This document shows, piece after piece, positions 58,337 to 64,000 of a stretch of 64,000 nucleotides of DNA. The stretch comes from the human T2T-CHM13v2.0 reference genome, Homo sapiens, in the NCBI RefSeq assembly GCF_009914755.1, contig NC_060943.1; one strand, 5' to 3'. Below the pieces are notes generated by a model. That model was not told the origin of the DNA. It saw nothing but the letters and a program-made list of their open reading frames with translations, and made no database searches. Every line of letters starts with the position of its first letter. Position 1 is the stretch's first letter. Both the position numbers and the translations under genes were made by a program.

Positions 58337-60363
58337 AGAGTGGATGGAGGAACTGCCTATCCCTGTCCCATGGTCTTGTCCACAGGTCAGCCTCACAAAG
58401 TGAAAGAGCCCTGGATGGAAATACAGTGGAAGCTCATTCTCTTAGTGACCTGGGGTCATTGGCTCGAGATGAAGCCTGGCAGGAGTGGCAACTCCAGGTG
58501 ATTTCTGCACCTTTCCTATTTCCTGGGAGGTGGGCCAGGCCACAGTGTTAGCGGGAAGGGAACAGAACAGTCAGCCTAGTTAGAGGGAGTGTCTGCGGAA
58601 GGCCTAGCAGTGGAGGAAGAAGCTGTGCAGGACAGGGCTTGCCAGTCAGAATGAAGTGGGAGGAAGATGAGGGACACAGAGAAGCAGAGAGAGGCAGAGA
58701 CACCATGGCAGTGAGCAGTGAGGGCTACACTGACTTCAGTGACCCCAGGGACAAGGTGCCCCCATTTCCACAGTCCAGGACCAAGGAGCCCTGAGAACCC
58801 TCCGTGGCCAAAGAGCTTCAGAGTTACATGAGGTGGGGTGGCTTTAGGGGCAAGAGGTAGTGGGGTGATGAAACATGGGTGTCAGCCTCCGAAGGACAAG
58901 GGACAGGTGTGGCTAGAAACTCCTGGGATTCTGCATCCAAGATCCAGTCTCTAAAGAGGTTTTGGATCAGTCATTTCTGCATTCAATTCCTTTATTTGTT
59001 ATGTGAGAGCTCCTGAGTATGTGTCTCTGGCTGGGCCTGTGCTGGTGCAGGGTGTGAGTGGGGAAAGAAAACAAGGTCCTCTCCTTGATCCTCTCATGAC
59101 AGTGACATGGGAACTTTGGGAAACACAGGATTTCAGGTTCAATGATGGGTGTTAAGATCTGAGGGGGAGACCTGGACATTTTTTTTGCACTGACTCTGAT
59201 GGTTGAGGCAGCTGATTTAGTTCTGGAGTGCAGACTAATCAGGTGACCACTTGCTCTCACTCCTCTGAGGTTTGGATGCCTAAGAAGAGAGGATTTGAGC
59301 CAATAAATGAGTATGGGGTGCTTGGAACCCAGTAAGCCCTCACTTCTGGTGGAGGAGAGGATGGGCCTGTGGCTGCAGACAGACCTCATGTGACCCTGAT
59401 CTCCCCTTTGTGTTTGTGTGACTCTGGCTCAGTGACTGTGCTTTCCTGTGACTCAGTTTTCTCTCAATCAAATAAGCTAAATGGCAAATGGACTGTGGCT
59501 TTTCATGCTATCTGTGAATAAATGTTAAATTATTCACAGTCACCTGACCTAATGCGTAGCACTGTGGAAATGTTCACCAAACAGCATTTATTATTAATTT
59601 GCTTCCATGAGAAAGCACCTTTACGTCAGATCCCTGTGGACAAGCTGCTACCTGGTACATCTTCTCTCTTCTGTTTCTGCTTCTGGGGATATTAGACTTT
59701 CTATGGAGTGTCCTAGGCCTCCTAAGGCAGTTGGCTGATGGCCTACAAAGCTTGTCTTTCTGTCCTCTCCACTCTGAGTGTCAGGTGAAGAAAGCTCTGT
59801 CCTTGCCCAGATGAGGCTCTGAGGGCTGAGCCCTGGCTGGTGAACAGCTGCAGGAGACACAGTCCTCAGACAGCTGGAAAATTCTTAGTCCCAGTAAGCC
59901 CTGCCCAAGAAACCATAACCCAGTCCTGGCACAGGCTCCTCAGCTTTATCTGGAGCAAGGATTTAGGGACAGGGGTCTGGGGTTGAGGCTTCTAGGGCTG
60001 AGCTTCTCTGAGGGTCTCAGGGGGCCCCTCAGGCCAAGCCCTACTCAGTTTTCCAGGGTCTTTCTCAGGGTCAAATTTATGAAGAGGGCATGAGGTGCTT
60101 GGCTGAGACTGATCTCCTCCTGCTGAGTCCCCCCATCAGACTGTCCTTCCTCTGCAGCAAGTTTCTGCAGGGTCTGGATGTGAGAAAGGAATTCTGATCT
60201 GTTGAAATTTGTCTCCTCTGTGTGTTTCCTGCAATAAATGCCCAAACCCCAGCATGGGACATAATGCAGAGAGGGACACAGGCACAGTCCAGGCCTGACA
60301 ATTCTGTGTGTGTGAAGTAGAAATGACCCCTGCCCCCCAACACCCAGGGACCATGTGGAATCA

Positions 60364-60753
<390 letters not shown>

Positions 60754-60837
60754 TCAGTCAATATTGAGACCTATGTGTTGGGTTGAAAAGATGGGCCCCT
60801 GGGTCCTGAGAAGGTCTCTTCAATCCTCAGCCTTGAA

Positions 60838-60903
<66 letters not shown>

Positions 60904-61599
60904 AAAGGGGCATGTGTGTTTCTGTGTGTGTCCTACTGTCCTACTAGGTCAAGGTCAGCAGCATGACCCCCATTCCTTCAACACTCCTGACTTTGGCATT
61001 TTTCTGTTTGGAATCCTCTTCCCCAGGGGTCCGCACGGCCCCCTCCACACTGCCCTCAGGTTCTGCTCACATCAGGGCATCCTTAGACTTCTTTCCTGAC
61101 ACCTCCTTCAGAGAACCTGGGTCTTTCCTTTTTGACCTTTCCCTGCTCTGCTCCCTCCAGGGTTCTTGTCAACACCTGATCTCACATTCTAGATCTCTTT
61201 GCATGTCTGTCTTCCTCCCCATGACAGCATGAGCTCCGTGAGGACAGGGACTTTTGTGATCTTGGTCGCACCCCAGTGCCTGGAACAGGCTGCAGACTCC
61301 TGTAGATGTGAGAGTTCTCAGGGGCCTCCATGCCCTGGGTGTTTTTTTTCCTCCCAATTGTTGAGGTTTTTTGCTGAGGACAGTGTTTCATGCCCTGCTT
61401 ATATTTTTATTTCAAGTGTCATCTGATATAGTTATTATTTTCATTTTTCAAAATGTGGTGACCCCTGAGGATTAATCAGAAAAACAGAACACTTAAGATT
61501 TTCCTACCTCTTACCAATTCCGGTTCAATGTGACTTTCCTATTTTGACCCCTGTCCCTCTCTGGTGTATTTTCCCCTATCCAGGCTCCAACAGAGCCTT

Positions 61600-61885
61600 C
61601 TTTCCTTTTTTTTCTTTTTTCCTTTTTTTCTTTTGGGACGGAGTCTCATACTGTCACCCAGGCTGGCATGCAGTGGTGCTATCTCGGCTAGCTGCAACTT
61701 CTGCCTCCCGGGTTCATGTGATTCTCCTGCCTCAGCCTCCTGAGTAGCTAGGATTACAGGAGCACACCACCATACCTGGTTAATTTTTTGTATTTTTAGT
61801 ACAGACAGGGCTACATTGTGTTGGCCAGACTGATCTTGAACTCCTGATCTCTTGATCCACCCACCTCAGCCTCCCAAAGTGCTGG
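61600..61885 (-). mobile_element. Alu in PSG7 intron 1 (paralogous insertion)
   Basis: Same position and truncation as the PSG1 copy. Confidence 0.9.
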
Positions 61886-61981
61886 CTTCTTTTATTTTTT
61901 AGAACCCCATCCTCTCTAGGAGACCCCATCCAGTCACTCTGCTTCCTTTTCCTGTCCTCTCCCAGGAAGTTCTCTCCTCAC

Positions 61982-62045
61982 CTGTGAGCAGGAGCCCTTT
62001 CCAGGTTATATGCTGTGTGCAGGGAGGGGCTGAGAGGGGCCCCAT
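61982..62045 (-). CDS. PSG7: PSG7 exon 1 (leader, 64 nt)
   Basis: [21 protein letters not shown]; donor ACAG|GTGAGG. Confidence 0.93.
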
Positions 62046-62185
62046 GGTCTCTGCTCCCTGCGTGTTCTCCTCTGTGGAGATGAGCCTAGGATCCAGAATC
62101 TTCCTGAGCACGGCTGTCAGCTGTGCTGTCCTTCCTCCTTCTGCACTGAGCCTCTTCCCGGGGCAGGAGCACTTCTCAAGCTCAT

Positions 62186-62207
62186 GGGTGGGGTCAGGCC
62201 CAGGACA
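62186..62207 (-). promoter_or_regulatory. PSG7 proximal promoter: CACCC box + DR5
   Basis: GGGTGGGGTCAGGCCCAGGACA. Confidence 0.65.
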
Positions 62208-64000
62208 CCTCTCTGTCCCCTCCTCTCTCAGTTCTGCCTCCTTGTCCCTCCTTCTGTTTTTCCTTTTGTCTGTGTTTCAGGTCCCTGGGAATTGTGGAGC
62301 CCTCTGCCTTTTTCAGCAGTGATTCTTTCACCAAACCTCAACACACACTTTGTGCAGACACACACACACACACACACACATACACACACACACACACACA
62401 CAGAAGAGACACACACAGACCCACAGAGTCACACACATACCCTGCAGGTTGGGCAAGCGCAGTCCTGGGCCTCAGCCTCCTGCTCTCCGCATGGCTCTGG
62501 TTAGGGGTGCACATTCACGCCCTTTGGCCTCTTTCATCCCCATCTGGCTCTCCCCTGCAGTGCAGGAGGCTGAAGCTGCACCAGGTCCCTGTCACAGTGA
62601 TGCCCCATTGTGCTGTGTGTGAACTGTGTGTTTCCTGGTGAGAGGGACCCTTCCTTTCTCTAATCGTGTCTAGCTTGGCTGCAGCTTCCAAGGATGGACG
62701 TTCAGGACCTGGGTGTCCCAGAGGAAACTGTCCTTCCTAGAGGTGTGCAGGGTGAATCTCTCATGCCTCTTGGGAGGAGAGGCCTGTGCTGATTGCTCAG
62801 TGGGGGCTGTAAGTCCCATAGTCAAAGAGAGAGTTCTCGGTCACTCTTTGGCTCCCTGGGGTCTGGCGGCTGAGCTGGAGCTCAGGATTTCTCGTGTTCT
62901 TCCTGACCATCTTTGATGTCCTCTCTTATGTGCCCAGCTGATTGTCCTGTGGTCACCACACCTTCCCTGTGGTGGTGCAGGTGGCAGTGAAGAGTTACCC
63001 AGGAAACCCGCGGGACATGGCTCGTTGAGACACAGGAGGGGGAGCCTGGGACAGAGCAGGGGTTCAGAGCTGGAGAGATTCATCCTGACTTACTCCGTGG
63101 CCATGATGGGCTCAGCCCTCCATGTGCCGACATACCCAGGGGTCTGTCCTGAGGGTTTTGACCTGGCCAAGCTGCTGTGTGTAGAGGAGGAACAGGCAGT
63201 GGCCAGAGATCCTGTCTGCAGGGACGTTGCTCACGCCTGAGATGGTGGGTGGGGGTGAGTTGTGTTCTGGGAGCAAAGAGCAATAACACCCCCCTTTCCC
63301 CGCAAGCACACAGGAGAGGTCTGTCTTCCCAAGGGACAGCTGGGGGTAGGTGGCCACATCCCAGATGGTGCCTGTGTGTGACCATCACACACGATCTAAG
63401 CCACCAGGGGTTCAGCGGGCAGGCAGGTCACAGGGTGCCTGGCTGATTCCCGGGGAGGCTGTGGGCCCTTAGGCAGCCGCTGATCTGTGTCAGCTCTAGG
63501 CTTCGCCTGCGAAGCCCCAGAGAACAGGACAGATGGAGCAGGGGTGGGCATTTAGGGAGCAGTGACAGAAAGAGTTGATGAGGATGGAGGGAGTTCACGA
63601 GGGGAAAGCGCCCAGTGTGGCGTTGCGTGCACCAGAGCTGCCCTGGGAGATGCCTTTAGCTGGGCCCAGGGAAGGAGCAGGTGTGCGGGGAGGAGCTACC
63701 TGCAGGGGGAGTGGTGTTAGGTTGGTGGCTGCCAGGTCAGGGAGGAGCTGACAGAGTCCATGTGGGGAACATGGAGGGCGCGCTGAGGACTTGAGCCGAA
63801 GTGACCCTGGTGAGGGTGGACCCTGCTGGGCTGTGGGTTCCGCTGAGGGAGGTTGGCATCCCCTGGGAAGGCTCCAGGCTGGGAGGGACTCTGTCACCCT
63901 CTGTTGGACAGGGAGGGAAGTGTGAACGGCAGCAATCCCAGGCCAGGCTGCATGTTTTATTCCATGTGGATCTGCACACTTCACACGAGATCACACATAT

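Overview
Human genomic DNA from the pregnancy-specific glycoprotein (PSG) cluster of the CEA/CEACAM family (chr19q13.2, recognised from the encoded proteins). Three tandem paralogues lie on the minus strand. They are the 5' end of PSG1 (leader and IgV-like N exon), all of PSG6, and all of PSG7, which here carries an in-frame TGA at codon 98. PSG6 and PSG7 have the L-N-A1-(B1 pseudo-exon)-A2-B2-C layout, and I placed exon boundaries by hand from GT/AG sites and reading frame. The rest is segmental-duplication homology plus Alu, L1, MIR, MaLR/ERV LTRs and microsatellites. I see no new stand-alone biological system. The most interesting structure is how transposable elements built and diversified these genes. 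An antisense AluJ supplies a PSG6 coding exon and a candidate poly(A) signal, an ERV-like cassette supplies alternative C-terminal exons, and intronic LTR8B-like copies differ in motif content. A latent 81-aa hydrophobic tail sits behind one stop codon in PSG6. Gene and repeat family names come from memory, not a database search, and repeat boundaries are approximate.
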